NCBI RefSeq assembly: GCF_036321535.1
Contig: NC_087436.1
Span: 108,626,001 to 108,690,000, forward strand
DNA from: Camelus dromedarius
Taxonomy: Eukaryota
Direction of reading: 5' to 3'
Length of the DNA stretch: 64,000 bases
Made by a program: the position numbers and the translations under genes. Positions within the stretch are counted from its first letter, which is position 1. The number at the start of each line of letters is the position of its first letter. The notes under the pieces were generated by a model that saw only the letters and a list, made by a program, of their open reading frames with translations, had not been told where the DNA came from and made no database searches. Of the stretch, positions 1 through 12,869 are shown piece after piece.

Positions 1-330
1 GCTGAGAAATTACAAGCTAGCATGGGAGAGAAGATGGCCATGACACAATTAGAAAACAGTACAGGGCAATATGTAATTAAGTACCTGATTTTGTGGTACA
101 GGCCATAAGAGCATTAAGATTTCAGAGAAGGATGAGAGTAGAGTGGGCTGGAGTTGTCGGAGAAAGTTCAGAGGAGAGGTGAGGATGCTGGTACAGTCCT
201 GAAGACTGGGTAGGAGGGAATGAAGGGGAATGATGGCATGGGGAGCTCAGTGTGTGTTTCGGAGATCGGCTGATAGTTACAGCTGTCTCTTGTCGGAATG
301 AAATGGGAATTGAAGTGGACTCTAGTCCTC
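1..330 (-). mobile_element. Ancient L2 LINE remnant (3' region)
   Basis: Purine-rich degenerate sequence (gcattaagatttcagagaagg...gaggagaggtgaggatgctgg...tcctgaagactggg) resembles the antisense of the L2 3' region. Confidence 0.45.
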
Positions 331-664
331 TTTCTCCATGTTGTGTCTTTAAACTTCACTGGATAACAAATCTAATCTTTAATTTCTGGAAACATAAATC
401 TCATCACTAATTTCCTTTTTTTATATAACATGCAATTCTTTATCACATCACAACTTTATGTATGTAATATCACAGACTTACAAAATAAATCCTGAATTTA
501 TTCAGTCTATTATATTTGCATTGCCTGCTCTTATGACTGCTGTTATTTCCCTCCTTAAGCATGTAATTTTTTTTATTTTATTGCTTTCCATTCTGCTGAA
601 TGAGGAGAATATTTGCAACTATTTGAGTGTTAATGATGGAGATGAAAATAACATTTTACACCAA

Positions 665-900
665 TAAATAGCTTAACAGTTTATAAAATATTTGTACATA
701 TGCTATCTCATTTGATCCTTATTTACAGTAGCTCTCAGAAATTGGCAAAGTGGGTGTTATCACCACTCTTTTACAGTTTTGGAAATGGACATCCAGAAAA
801 GTTAAGTGCCTGGTTCTTAAGAAAAATAACAAGACATTAGAAGAACCAGGACTCTTAAATCTTCTGTCAGAACTCAGGAACATGTCTCCAACTGGCATAT
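665..900 (-). mobile_element. MIR SINE
   Basis: Antisense MIR core: tatctcatttgatcctt...ttttacagttttggaaatggacatccagaaaagttaagtgcctgg. Confidence 0.65.
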
Positions 901-1221
901 TTCCATGTAGTATTGAGATATGGACAGTAAACCCAAAGTTAGTGTATTTTCTAACTTCTACTTGGATTCAGAATAGCCCAGGCATTATATGATTTTTTAA
1001 ATAACATAATGACCATTGTATTCAAATGAAGAGAGATTAATCTTTAAAAATCTGCACATTTGGTACAAAGATTAGTACCATACACAAACTGACCAGATAC
1101 AGTTGGATAAGGCACTGATTTGTCCTATTTTCTCATAAGTGCAATGAGGTTAATACCAGCCTTTTGTATTCCCCCTCTGATAAAGCAGGGAGTAGAAACA
1201 CACATTGAAAAGAGGTAACTT

Positions 1222-3484
1222 CCAACTTCTGCTTCCAGAAAGATGGAGTACATGTACTTTCCCCCATTCCTCTTGTTTGGTACAGCTCAAAATCCTGGAC
1301 TATGTATGTAACAAACCGAAGCAGATTCTAATAGAGGTAGAGTAGAAAGCAGACTAGTTAGCAGGACCATAGGACTCAAGAAATGACACAGTGAGGAACC
1401 CAGCAACTTGGAGCTACCAATAGCTGCAGACAAAAGAAGCCCGAAGCAAACTTGCTCTCTTTAGCCGAAGAAGCAGGTCAGGGGCACCCAAGCAAAACAG
1501 AAGCATTTCAGGCAACAGTTCCACTCCAGCCAAACACCACCAAAAACACTTTGGCCCCATTCGCAACCATACCAGCAGAAGACTAGTGGACAGTCTAGAC
1601 TTCTACTGTCAGTAGGCTGTAATAAGTTACCCCAGCACACCAGGGTGATGTTAGAGAAGGCCCAGCGGGGAACCCCAACCCTTACAGTGACAGTGGGGAC
1701 AACGTGGGGAGCCTGGACATCCAGTGACATCTGACCGACAACTAAGATACACTGATGAAAGAAACTGAAGAAGATCTAAATACATGCAGAGGCATGCAGG
1801 CTATGAGGACACAGCATAGCAAAAATGTCAGTTCTCCCTAAATTGATATATAGGCTTAACACAATTTCTATTAAAATCCCAGCAAGAGATTTGTACACAT
1901 AGGCACTATCATCCTAAAATTTATATAGGAAGTTCAGGGAAACTACAGTGGTTAAGATCCTTTTGCAAAGGAAGAAAAAAGTGGGTGGGATCATTCTACC
2001 TGACTTCAAGACTTATTTTATAGCAACAGTAATCAAGGCTCTGTGGTATTGGCAGAAAGATAGACACACAAATCAATGGAACAGAACAGAGAACCCAAAA
2101 ATAGACCCACACAAGTATGCTCAAGTGATTTTTCACAAAGGCGCAAAAGCAATTTTTATAGAGGAAGAATCATCTTTTCAGAATATATTGGAGAAATTGG
2201 ACTCTAAGAAAAAAAAGAGAGAAAGGAAAAAAGAAAGAGCTTCAGCCTAAACTTTACACATTATATAAAGATTAATTTAAAATAGAGCATATATTTAAAT
2301 GTAAAACATAAAACTATAAAACTCTTAGGAGTAAGCATAGGAGAAAATCTTCAGAACCTAGGCATTCTTAGACATGATCCTTAAAATTAGAAAAAAGTGA
2401 GTAAATAAACTTCAACAAAATTAAATAAATTTGCTCTGTGAAAGTCCCTATTAAGAGGAACAGAAGGCAAGCAACAGTCTGGGAGAAGATATTTGATATA
2501 TATCTGATACATATCTGATAAATCATTTATGTGTAGAATATAGAAATCTCAAAATTTAACAGTAAAAGCAAACAATGCAATTATAAAATGGGCAAAAGAC
2601 ACATAGAAACATTTTACCAAAAATAATATATGGATGGTAAAGAAGCACATGAAAATATGATGAATATCACCAGCCATTAGGAAATTATAAGTTAAGATGA
2701 CAACATGCCACTACACACCTATTAGAACAGCTAAAGTAAAAAATAGTGACAATGAGGATGAAAACTAGTGCAGCCACCCCGAAACCTAGCTGGGGCAGTT
2801 TCCTGAAAAAGTTAACATTCAGTTACTATTCAACTCAGCAGTTACACTCCTAAATCTATCCCAGAGGAAAAAAAAAAACCACTTGTGTCCACACGAGTTT
2901 GTACATGATTGTTTGTAACAGCTTTATTTTTAATAACCCCAAACTGGAAGTGATCGAAATATGCTTCTTTAGGTGAGTGGGCAAACAAACTGTGCTGTGT
3001 CCATACCGTGGAATTCTGCTCAGCAGTAAGAGGAACAAACTACTGATACACACCACAACTAGGGTGAATCTCAAAAGCATTATGTGGAATGAAAACACAA
3101 TCTCACAGGGTCACATACTGCATGATTTCATTTATATAACATTCTCTAAATGACGAATTACACAGATGGAAAAGGGTTGGTGATTTTTCAGAGTTAAAGA
3201 TGGTGGAAGGGAGGAGGGTGGTGACTATGAAAGGGTAATACCAGGGAAATCTTTGTGGTAATAAAGTATTTCTGTACTTTAATGGTAGGGTTACATGAGT
3301 CTCCATACGTGCTAAAATGACACACAACTACACACATGTTAATGCCAATGTCAAATCCCTGTCTTGGCTTTAAGGACTCTGTGAGATGTAACTACTGGGG
3401 AAAAATGGCAAAGAGTCCTCAGGACCTCTTTGCAACTTCCTTTGAATTTACAGTTATTTCAAAATGAAAAGTTTAAAAAATAAA
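1222..3484 (+). mobile_element. Ancient L1 (L1MD-like), internally deleted: 5' UTR joined to post-RT ORF2 and 3' UTR
   Basis: 1222-1730 resembles an L1MD-type 5' end (acttctgcttccagaaagatggagtacatgtactttcccccattcc). From ~1740 it reads as ORF2 (KKKVGGIILPDFKTYFIATVIKALWYWQKDRHTNQWNRTENPKIDPHKYAQVIFHKGAK). It ends in ctttgcaacttcctttgaatttacagttatttcaaaatgaaaagtttaaaaaa. Confidence 0.8.
1740..3130 (+). pseudogene. Decayed L1 ORF2 C-terminal half (multiple stops and indels)
   Basis: Track ORF 1948-2250 carries the LPDFK-Y..A...K..WYW...R...QWNR.E.P motif of L1 ORF2p, and the flanking frames are broken. Confidence 0.85.
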
Positions 3485-3799
3485 GTTGCACTATAACGAC
3501 ATTCCTTTTTCCCATATCTCCTTCCCGTAAGCCTGCGCTTTGCCAGCTGAGCGTCCATATTGCTTCACTTGTGCTCTTCTGTCCTTCTTGTCTGTAGCCC
3601 TTGTCCTTCCTCCAGTGTGGTACATGCTTTGCAGACCCAGGTTTGGCATCTCCAGGCCTCCGCTGAGGGCAAGAGAAAGGAAACTGTGAGAGGATGGCAC
3701 GGCCCCATGAGTCTTCTCAGAGGCCTCTAGGCTGAGCTCGCTTGAGTTGAGTACTTCAGATTTTAGATGAAGGCCCTGGTTCCAAATATACATAATGAC

Positions 3800-4050
3800 A
3801 TTTAATGAATAACAAAATTGAGATCTTCAGCATTTTCAACAGGTTCAGGTGACATACTAAATATGACAAAATAAAGCTATATAAAATCCCACAGTTGGCT
3901 CCCAAAAAGCAACAGCAAGAGCACAAAAAGGTAGAGATGACAGCACACAGCATTACACATGAAAAAAGACTTGGAGACTTTGATATCATACTTGACGTAT
4001 AATGTGAGTCAGCAGTAGTGCTGCCCAACACTAAAAATTACTATTAATTA
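3800..4050 (+). mobile_element. L3/CR1 LINE fragment (piece 1)
   Basis: aaaatcccacagttggctcccaaaaagcaacagcaagagcacaaaaagg...catgaaaaaagacttggagactttg...aatgtgagtcagcagtagtgctgccc resembles the CR1 ORF2 segment K.LHLG.KN...EKDLG......NMSQQ. Confidence 0.6.
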
Positions 4051-4074
4051 ATGCATTACCATTAATTGCAGGAT

Positions 4075-4300
4075 TCATACAGCAGTTATCTATTCATTTC
4101 ACACAAAGTAAGTTATTTAAATTATTTAACCTTTATAATCATCTTGAGAGGAAAGCCACACTTTATCCCCATTTTTTTGGATGTATAACTTCAGGCATGG
4201 AGATGTAAAGTTACTTGTTCTAAATCTCAACTCTGGTGAGAACAGATCAGCAATTCAAACTCAGGCTCAGACTCTTAGATTTTAATCATTTGATATACTC
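4075..4300 (-). mobile_element. MIR SINE
   Basis: ttatccccatttttttggatgtataacttcaggcatggagatgtaaagttacttgttc...aattcaaactcaggctcagactc. Confidence 0.6.
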
Positions 4301-4309
4301 ACAGCCAAA

Positions 4310-4955
4310 AATCTGCTATTTTTCAACAATACTTATGTGCCAAGAATTGTTCTGAAAAAAATGATTAAGATTACTGTTCTCATGGGCTTTATCTCATTAG
4401 ATAAATAGTTAACAAGAATGAAATTATGTTATTAGTGGCAAATATTATAGTATTAAAATAGGGTGACAGATAGAAAGTAATGAGAGAAGCTCCTTTGTAT
4501 TCAGTGTCCCCCAGGGAGGCTGATGAGGAGGAAACACATGAGAAGGAGGCAGCTGGGCAAATATGTGGGGAAAGGGATTCCACACAAGAACAGGCAGTGC
4601 ACATGCCCTGATGTAGAAACCCTTGGCCTCACTGAAGCATAAGAAAAGGATAACTCAGGCCAGAGCGCTAGTAGGGGTGTGAGGGAGGCTGAGGGAGGTA
4701 AGATTAAATCAAGGAGTTGGGATTTCATTCTCATCATAATAGAAGTCTCTGGAGTGTTGCGAGCAGATGATGACTTGGTCTGCTTTATGCTTTCAAAAGA
4801 GCCCTTTGGCTACTAGTGGAGAATAGATTGTAAGGATGTATGAGGGGAGGAGATGGCCAGTTAAGAGCCTGTTGGGGCTGTCCAGGTGAGAGATGACTGT
4901 GATGTGGATATGAGTGGTGCCAGAGGAAATGGAGAGAAATTGTGTGTGAAATGAT
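4310..4955 (-). mobile_element. L2 LINE 3' fragment
   Basis: Antisense L2 tail (ttcaacaatacttatgtgccaag...) and body (gccctttggctactagtggagaatagattgtaagg...gtccaggtgagagatgactgtg). Confidence 0.75.
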
Positions 4956-4959
4956 TCTG

Positions 4960-5400
4960 CTCAGTTCTCTGCTGGTCAGACCACACTCAAGTGTGTTGTG
5001 TTCCATTCTTAGCATCATTTACTGGAAGGACAGTGACCAGATAAGGCAGGAGTGAGTGCCTATTAGAAAATCCAAAGAACTTTCTGTATGTATACTATCA
5101 CATTTTAAATATTTTAACAAATAATTTATATTTTCATATAACATTTTAACATTTTGATAATTTCAACCTTTTAATTTTTCTTTTTTACGGGAGCAACAAG
5201 CAAAACCTCTTTCATAATAAAAAACTACAGGAAATAAAGCTTGATAAATAATGTTGATAAGACATATTATGAAAAAAGTTTGAAAAACCTCAAACTATGC
5301 CATGTTCAAAGGACTTCCACCTAGATGATGAGTCAGAACCATCTCCTGTGAAGAAAAGTCGATGAAACTGAGTGTTTAGGCTGATGAGCAGAAAATTGGG
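4960..5400 (+). mobile_element. L3/CR1 LINE continuation (pieces 2-3, interrupted by an AT-rich segment)
   Basis: ctctgctggtcagaccacactcaagtgtgttgtgttccattctt (L.RPHL...VQFW-like) and atgttcaaaggacttccacctagatgatgagtcagaacc resemble the L3 3' ORF region. Confidence 0.5.
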
Positions 5401-7029
5401 ATGAAATGTCTGCCCGCCAGTGATGAAAGGGCTAAGGAGTATAAGGAAAACAGAATTCTTTGATTTAGCACTAAAATGAAGACTAAAATTTAATAAATAG
5501 AAGCTAGAGATAAGTAAGCTTCTGCTCAACACAAAGAACCTTGGGACTATCAGAGTTGTCCACAACAAGATGGGTTCTTGGATATTACCCATCAGTATAT
5601 TTTACCCTATAAGCAACCCACAAAAGCAAAAAATGAAGCAGTGGATGGGATTATTTTAAACTTTAGATCCCATAAAAAATAGAAGGGGATATTAATTATT
5701 AGCTTTTCATGTATTTTTCCTAAACCATACTATTCTCCTTACATACTCTTAAGAGGAATTTCACATGTAAGCATCTTGACAAGTAAGTACTGTCTAAATG
5801 CTAAAATCACAAATATTAAAATATACTATTATTATTTCAGAGTCATGCTGAAAAGATCTAATCTATATTTCCATTTTAATTTGATTTAAGAACAGTAAAT
5901 TATAAGGTTTGTTTTAACTCATTTGATGTTTCCATTTAGTGTTTTTAAAAATAGTAATCTTGAGTTGTATAGATTTTGACAAATAAAACAGACTTATACT
6001 TCTCATTGCAGTAGAAACAGTAAACTACTCTATTACTGTAGTTTTAACTCACATGATACTGTGCAGACAGCAAGTTGGAAAGATAATATAGTCCTGTTAA
6101 TCACTCTTGTGGAACTTGAAAATAATTATTCTTTATTGGTGCATTAAAAATTGATTAACAGTGAATTAAAGCAATTAAATAATTATTTTAGCACTTGAGA
6201 CAGTGGAAGCTGTGTTATCTTGAGCTGTAAGTCAAGATAATTTTAGCAGAGGATGGGTGTTGTCATGTGTATAAAATCTTTGAATGCAATTCCAATAGAT
6301 CTTCATACTATTGTCTGCCAAAATGTAGGCTCTCAAATTTTTGTTTCCCCAAGCCCAGCCAAAGCTGTGTCAGGTATTCATCTTCATGGCAGCCTCTTCA
6401 GCTCGATTTGGTGCCTTTATGATTTAGGGATGCTTAATCTTTTTTGAGGTGTTTGTGAGTTACACACAAACCAATCTTCTCAGAGGGCCTCATAAAACCT
6501 TCCTAGAAGGTCAAACATAAAATAAGGACTAAGTTGACATTAAGTGGGAAGAAACGTGTGACCATGTGCTTGAGAAACAGGACACAAGGCTGCTGTAAAG
6601 GCTGGGCAGTCAGTCCCAGAACAGCTTGTACACGTTTGTTGAGTGCATGAGTTGAATGCATGATTGAGTTAATTAATGAGCAGGTGTTTAATGTTTAAGA
6701 TTAAACCAAACTAGCAGTGTGGTTTTTAAATAAAAGCCAAAACATTCTGAAGTGAGGTGCTGACCCACATTTTGGCATTAAATTATTTCTGAGGGTATTG
6801 GTGATCACTCGTATTGACAAATCATTCTTTTATTTAAGTCGAGTTTCTATTTTTCAAAACGCTTTCACATATACCCGCTCCTTTGTGCTTCATAACGCAG
6901 TTTGTGAGGGTCTCGGGGAAGTGTGACTTTTTCATTTTTATATCCTCACACTCTAGCCTGAGTAGTTCCCAATAAGTAATGATTTTAACAACCTCCAATA
7001 ACAATTGTCGAGCCCTTATTTGATGGTCC

Positions 7030-7230
7030 CTTCAGCTTAGTTTCCTCTGGATTGAGTTATTCTTTCTAAACACCTTCAAGGATCCCACTTTATAGCTGAG
7101 ACAACTATGGCATAAGAAGGAAAACCACTTACCCAAACCACAGAACTAGTTAACAGAAAACCCAAGACTCACACCCCAGTCTACTAGTTTCAAATTCACA
7201 TTCTGTTTATCGCTGTAACCTAGTACTGTA
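7030..7230 (-). mobile_element. MIR-like SINE remnant
   Basis: cccactttatagctgagacaactatggcataagaaggaaaaccacttacccaaaccacagaactagttaacag. Confidence 0.55.
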
Positions 7231-9562
7231 GCATTTTCTTTCTTCTTTCTGTGGGGAGAAGGATATAAAAATGTCAAAGCACTATTTTTATTGATCAGAA
7301 ACCATAAAGCACTCCGTTTGAATGCTTCCAAACAAAAAGTTTGGAAGCCACTCGACAGTATGATATACTTAAGAGAAGAGGTTTTTTCCCAAAGCAGAAA
7401 CATAAATCATTAACTAAAAGCCATACTTCTTGTCAGTGTATCTAATTTCAGCTGGGAAATGTTTGTATATGTGGGTAAAGCCTTAATGTGATAGTAAATT
7501 CCCGTGATGACAGGCTGTCAGTATGAAATTGTTGGATTAGCAAGAGGAGAAAAAAATTACTACTTTAATGACAATCCTTGAAATGGAAAGTGAAAAATCA
7601 TGCAGCTTAAGAATTAATTGTGTCCAAGCTTCCACTCAATTACAGTTTTCTAACTCTGAGATGTTAGCATGAATCTTTAAACGTGTAGAAATTTAGACAC
7701 AAAGTTGTTTCTTTGACACTGACACTTGGACACAGGTGTTCAGTTTGTGTGAAGATTAAGAGTACTTCATATTCCTGTAGACCCAAGAGTCATTTGACTA
7801 TGAGCATCATACGGGAATAATGCAATTTCATACTTCCTTTCCCCAAAACTATTATATATTTTAGAAGTTCTCTCAAAATACTTGAAATGTTTATTGGTTC
7901 CCTTCTTTTAAGTATCCCTAGGTATCTTGTGTCCCAAAGTCAGATCTTCTTAAAATCCTGAGATTTAGGGTAAGAGTGTACTGGAACAATACCTTGTACT
8001 CTGACAGTTTCTACCAATACTCAATAAACAGCTGAATTTCCTTTACATCTCTTCTTTTATGGTAATCAGAACACATAACAACATTAAGAATGATGATGAT
8101 AATGATGCTGATGGTAAATTTATCCTTTTTAGCCATTAAATGTCCTAGAATAAAGTTAAAAAAAAAAGAATATATACTAGCTATCAGATGTTAGATTTTT
8201 TTTTTTTTGGCACAATCTTTTCTCTAATCCTTGGAATTTAAGTACTATCTTATTTTATGCTTTTCTCATAAAGATTGCATTATGTTGTTTTGTAATTGAA
8301 TAGAATAGAATATTTTTCTTATTAAAGAATTCCACCCCTTCACACACACATATACATATTACCATGAAAAACAAAGAGATTTTTAATGCTATTTAGTCCA
8401 TGGCTCTATCTTACCTTCTTTCATACTCAAAATATATATTTTCCTGCATCCTGGCCTCACCAACAATAACCAGGCACTGAGATTTGAAGAAGCAGTTATC
8501 TAGGTTTTCCTTACAGATGGTGCTGGTTGCTAGGGGGGGATCTGGAAACAACCATGTTTCCTAAAGCAGTTATTTGGGATGAACAGAAGGAACAGAGAGG
8601 AAGCCACTCTAACTTATTCCAACACGGCAGTCAGAGAACTGTGAGATGGCTAAGGTATTAGATGTTTGCAAGTTGAGCGTAGTCTTCTGTCTGGTCTCGT
8701 ATGCTATACATACCAAATGGAGGCACTTTCTAAATCTAGACAGGTGTCTTTGCAAGTGTAGAGAGGAAAAAAGAGGAGAGAAAAATAAGACAAGTAGTTT
8801 TTGTTTTTAGTTTAAGAGCAGTCAAATATTTACCTGGTATTTACCTGGATATGGAGGGGGGAGGGGTGGCTTATTCTTAATATGCAACAAAATACCATGA
8901 AAGTTTTGTGGCTGTGTCTTTTTCTGTCATTGTTTTTCACGCATCCAGGAATTGTTCAGTGAAAACGGGACCAAACGAAACAGTAGGAACAATTTTTCTG
9001 CATTCTGTCTTCTTATTTTACCAAACTCTTTCAAATAACCAGCAACTAGGGATCTTCTATGTTCCTCTCCCACGGATGGTTACATTATTTTGTGATTTAA
9101 GTTAACATAGCCTATCTGGCCTCTTTGGTCTTTTCGTCCCTCAGTGTATACTTAAAGGTGATATTATTACTGCCAGGATTTGGGTTTTTGTTTTGTTTTG
9201 TTTTGTTTTGTTTATTTGTTTGTTTGGCTGGTGGAATAGACAAAATTTCATTTGGGAAAATAAATCCATTTCAGGTCATGGTTCCATGTTTCCCAAAGAA
9301 TGACAACATGTTGAAATGTGAGGTTGGCATCTCCTGCTCAGTGGTATTTATCCCACTTTCTGTGGCACAATATAAAAGATGTAGACAAAGATACTCAGTA
9401 AGTATTGGTTGAAAGAATAGGGATTTATCAGTAAGTGGTAGATGGAAAAAAAAATAGTGTAAGACTGGCGTGACTTACTCCCCTGGCTCTAAATGTCAAG
9501 TAGTGGAATTTGTTTACTCATTCCAGATTTGAAATACTTAACCTTTACTGTGGAGCAGATGA

Positions 9563-9977
9563 TGCATTACTTTGCTAGAGCTGCCATCACAAATTTCCAA
9601 GGTTCCACAAGCTAGGTGGCTTACATGACAGAAATTTATCATCTCACAGTTCTGGGGCAGGTTGGTCCATCAGCAGGTTGCTTCTTCTGAGAGCTGTGAG
9701 GGAGAATCTGTTTCATGCCACTCTCCTGGCTCCTGGTAGCCTCAGGTCCTCCTTAGAGGCGGAGTTCCCCATGTGTCTTTCCTCTATGCTTGTCTGTCTC
9801 TCTGTCCAAATGTCCTCTCTTTATAAGGATGCCAATCATACTGAATTTGGGGTCCACCCCTAATCCAGTATAACCTCATCTTAACTAATTAGGTTTACAA
9901 CAACCATATTTCCAAATACAATCACTTTCTGAGACACTGGGGGCTAATTTGAGGGGAACAAAACACAACCTGTAGCT
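9563..9977 (-). mobile_element. MaLR solo LTR (MLT1C-like)
   Basis: tgcattactttgctagagctgccatcac...agaaatttatcatctcacagttctgg...gagggagaatctgtttcatgcc...acctcatcttaactaatta, with flanking 5-mers gatga/gatgg as a candidate TSD. Confidence 0.85.
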
Positions 9978-10186
9978 GATGGAATATATTTTATTTACAT
10001 AACATATTCCCTAAAAAGCAATAAATTATAATGGAAGGAGGTATTTCTTATCCATTGTGTGTGATTTACCTGAGGACATAGGATGATTTTATTTACCTTG
10101 TCATCTGCATCGGAGCTTGTTGCAAAAAAAAAGTGCCAAGTAAAAGCTGAATGAATGGAAGGATGGATGGATGGTGTATTCCTCAT

Positions 10187-10552
10187 TGTATTAGTTTACT
10201 AGGGCTGCCACAACACAAAACAACAGATTGGGTGACTTAAAGAACAGAAACTTATTTTCTCACAGTTCTGGAAGCTGGGAGTCCAAGATCAAGGTATCCA
10301 TAGGTTTGTTTTTTTCTGAGGCCTCTCTTGTTGACTTGCAGATGGCTGCCTTCTTCCTGCGTTCTCTGTCTACATTGTCTGTGTCTATCTCCTCTTCTTA
10401 GAAAGACACCAGTCACAGTGAATTAAATCCCAACCTAAAGACTCCATTTTAACTTAATCACCTCTTTAAAAGCCCTAGCTCCCAAATACAGTCACATTCT
10501 GAGGTTGGAGTCTCAGAATGAATTTTAGGAGGACAGAATTCAGCTCATAACA
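10187..10552 (-). mobile_element. MaLR solo LTR (MLT1A/B-like)
   Basis: Intact TG...CA termini (tgtattagtttactagggctgcc...aattcagctcataaca), with 5-bp flanks ctcat/cttgt. Confidence 0.9.
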
Positions 10553-10559
10553 CTTGTGA

Positions 10560-10830
10560 ATAGGTTAAACTCCTGTAACAACAAAAACAAAATCCTAAAA
10601 TGCAGTTGAATCAGAAGAAAATAAAAGTTTATTTCTCTCTCATGTGACAATAATTCAAAAGCAGGCCAAGGTACTGAGTGATTAATAGCCTGTTACATAA
10701 GGTCATCTAAACATCTAGGTTCCATCTATTCCGTTGCTTCTCTGTCCCTGAAGGCATGATTCTCATTGGTATGACTGAGAATGAGAAAGCTCATCACCTT
10801 GCTTTCAATTTGCCAGACCCAGGATTAAGC
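10560..10830 (-). mobile_element. Older MaLR LTR fragment (MLT1J/K-like)
   Basis: ctgtaacaac...aagtttatttctctctcatgt...aggttccatctattccgttgcttctctgtcc. Confidence 0.55.
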
Positions 10831-11354
10831 ACTTTTGCATATATTATATGATTACAATTGTATTTTTAAAATACTGTCATAAAAAAATTATGAATGCATA
10901 GTGTAAGTCCATAAACTATTTGTTTTACTTATTCAGATGAGTCATTACTTAACACACTAAGTAAATACAATGCTCTTTCCCTTAACAATTCTTGACAGAA
11001 CCCCACAACACATGTTTAAGACTCTGAACATATTTTCTGATGATCATTTGTTGAATGCTGATGCAGATGTGGAAAGCCAAATTCAAAATTAAAAAATGTT
11101 CATCTTTAAGAGAATGAAGATTGAGCAGTTTATACTCATCTGTCCACTTGAACAGTAGAAGATCTAGCCACAAGTGCATCATTCTTTTAGAAATGTAATT
11201 TGACCTACTGGGAAAATGTCACAGTGTTAAACTGTATGTAATCATTTAAAAATATGGACACATTTTAATAGACTTGTGATATTGGACCCAAGTTGTCATT
11301 AACATATGTTTGTCCACTTTTCCATAAGATAATCTTACATTCAACCCCAAGTCT

Positions 11355-11736
11355 GCAATATAGTTAAGGTAAATACACAAATAGAAAGAGATTTCTTAGT
11401 CTTGTAAAGTCTAAACAGGTATTTCTAATTAATGAGCATTCTTTCAAGCAATATTTCAGGGACTCAGTCTCCTTCCATCTCTTGTTTTATCATCTCCCCT
11501 GGATTCAGAGTTGTTAGCGTATCCTTGCACCTGAGGGAAAAGGCAGTGGAAATGGTCCCCATGTTTCTTAACCACTTTTGCTCATGAGCTAGTATTTGCA
11601 GAAACTAGTCACAGATGCCTTTATAAGCAAGAGGTACAGGTAACGTAGTTCTTGACTGGACAGCTACTTCCTAGCATTACTCTGCAGTAGACAAAGAAGC
11701 GTAGTGTTTGGTGGAAGGCTGATTGTCTCTGCAACA
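11355..11736 (-). mobile_element. Older MaLR LTR (MLT1K-like)
   Basis: ttcagggactcagtctccttccatctcttg...gaaactagtcacagatgcc...tttggtggaaggctgattgtctctgcaaca. Confidence 0.6.
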
Positions 11737-12246
11737 AACATTTCCTTTAAATGAGCAATGCAATGACCTTATGTCTTATTGGAGATGTTTCTTAGCATCC
11801 AGTAAGACGTACATGATTTCTGTGAAACTAAAATAGTAGGTTGTGTCCCTAATTTTGCCTAGAGGAACAATTCTGTGTTAAGCCATGAAATATTACCTAC
11901 CAAAAAATTTTTAATGATCAGTCTATTACTCTGTTATTATATATTATGCATCTAATTGTTTTAAGGCTGTCATCAATCAGCTCAAATCTATAGGTAAGCC
12001 AACTGTCAGAATATTTATCCAAAGCCTCTGGGAATGTATTTAGCCAGTCTTCTTATTTGTTATTGTAAAAAATTTAGCAGGTACCTGTAATACCTGAACA
12101 GAACACTAAAAAAAAACTTCCAAGATATAGCTGTAAAAAATGAAACAGCATTTTTATAGTTTTCGGTGACACAATCTTAAATCTTTAGAGTTACAAATTG
12201 TCTCTATAAGACAAAATTGGTTAGGATATAAAAAATGGATCTGGCA

Positions 12247-12273
12247 TATATATATGTGTGTGTATATAATATA

Positions 12274-12311
<38 letters not shown>
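12247..12311. repeat. Compound (TA)n/(TG)n microsatellite
   Basis: Directly visible alternating TA and TG runs. Confidence 0.95.
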
Positions 12312-12316
<5 letters not shown>

Positions 12317-12869
12317 TATGTTGTAAGATAAGGAGATATAAGTGTGAGGGTTTTTTTTAAGAGCAAGGACCAGGTTTTAATCAACTCTCTGTCCAAATAT
12401 TTAACACAGTGTCTGGTATTGTATAATTTTTCAGTTAAGTCATATTGAATGACTAAAAGAATAAATGAATTCAGTAGAAAGAGGGTCATATAGATGGATT
12501 ATTATAATTCATTTTATTAGGTAAACATACTTTAGTAGTTTTTATTTTTCAGTTATTTCTCTAGTTCCTTAGAATCTATAATTTATATCATAATTTATAA
12601 TTTTCTTTCTCCTCTATTTCATGAATCCACTCTCATTAAAATCACATGTTCCCCATCAGTAATCCAGCCCTCATCCTTGGTGTTCTTTTGCCCAAGACTT
12701 AGGAACCGCCACTGCCCTCCTTTTCTTGTATGGTCCCAGACTTCTCTTCCCCAAATGGTCCTGGAACAGAATGTCAGGGGGTTCCTACCTGGCCCAGGAG
12801 GATCCTAGGTACTGAGGGGCTTCAGACAGCAGGACATTTAAGCTGTGTAACTTTGTGAATATGAGAAAA

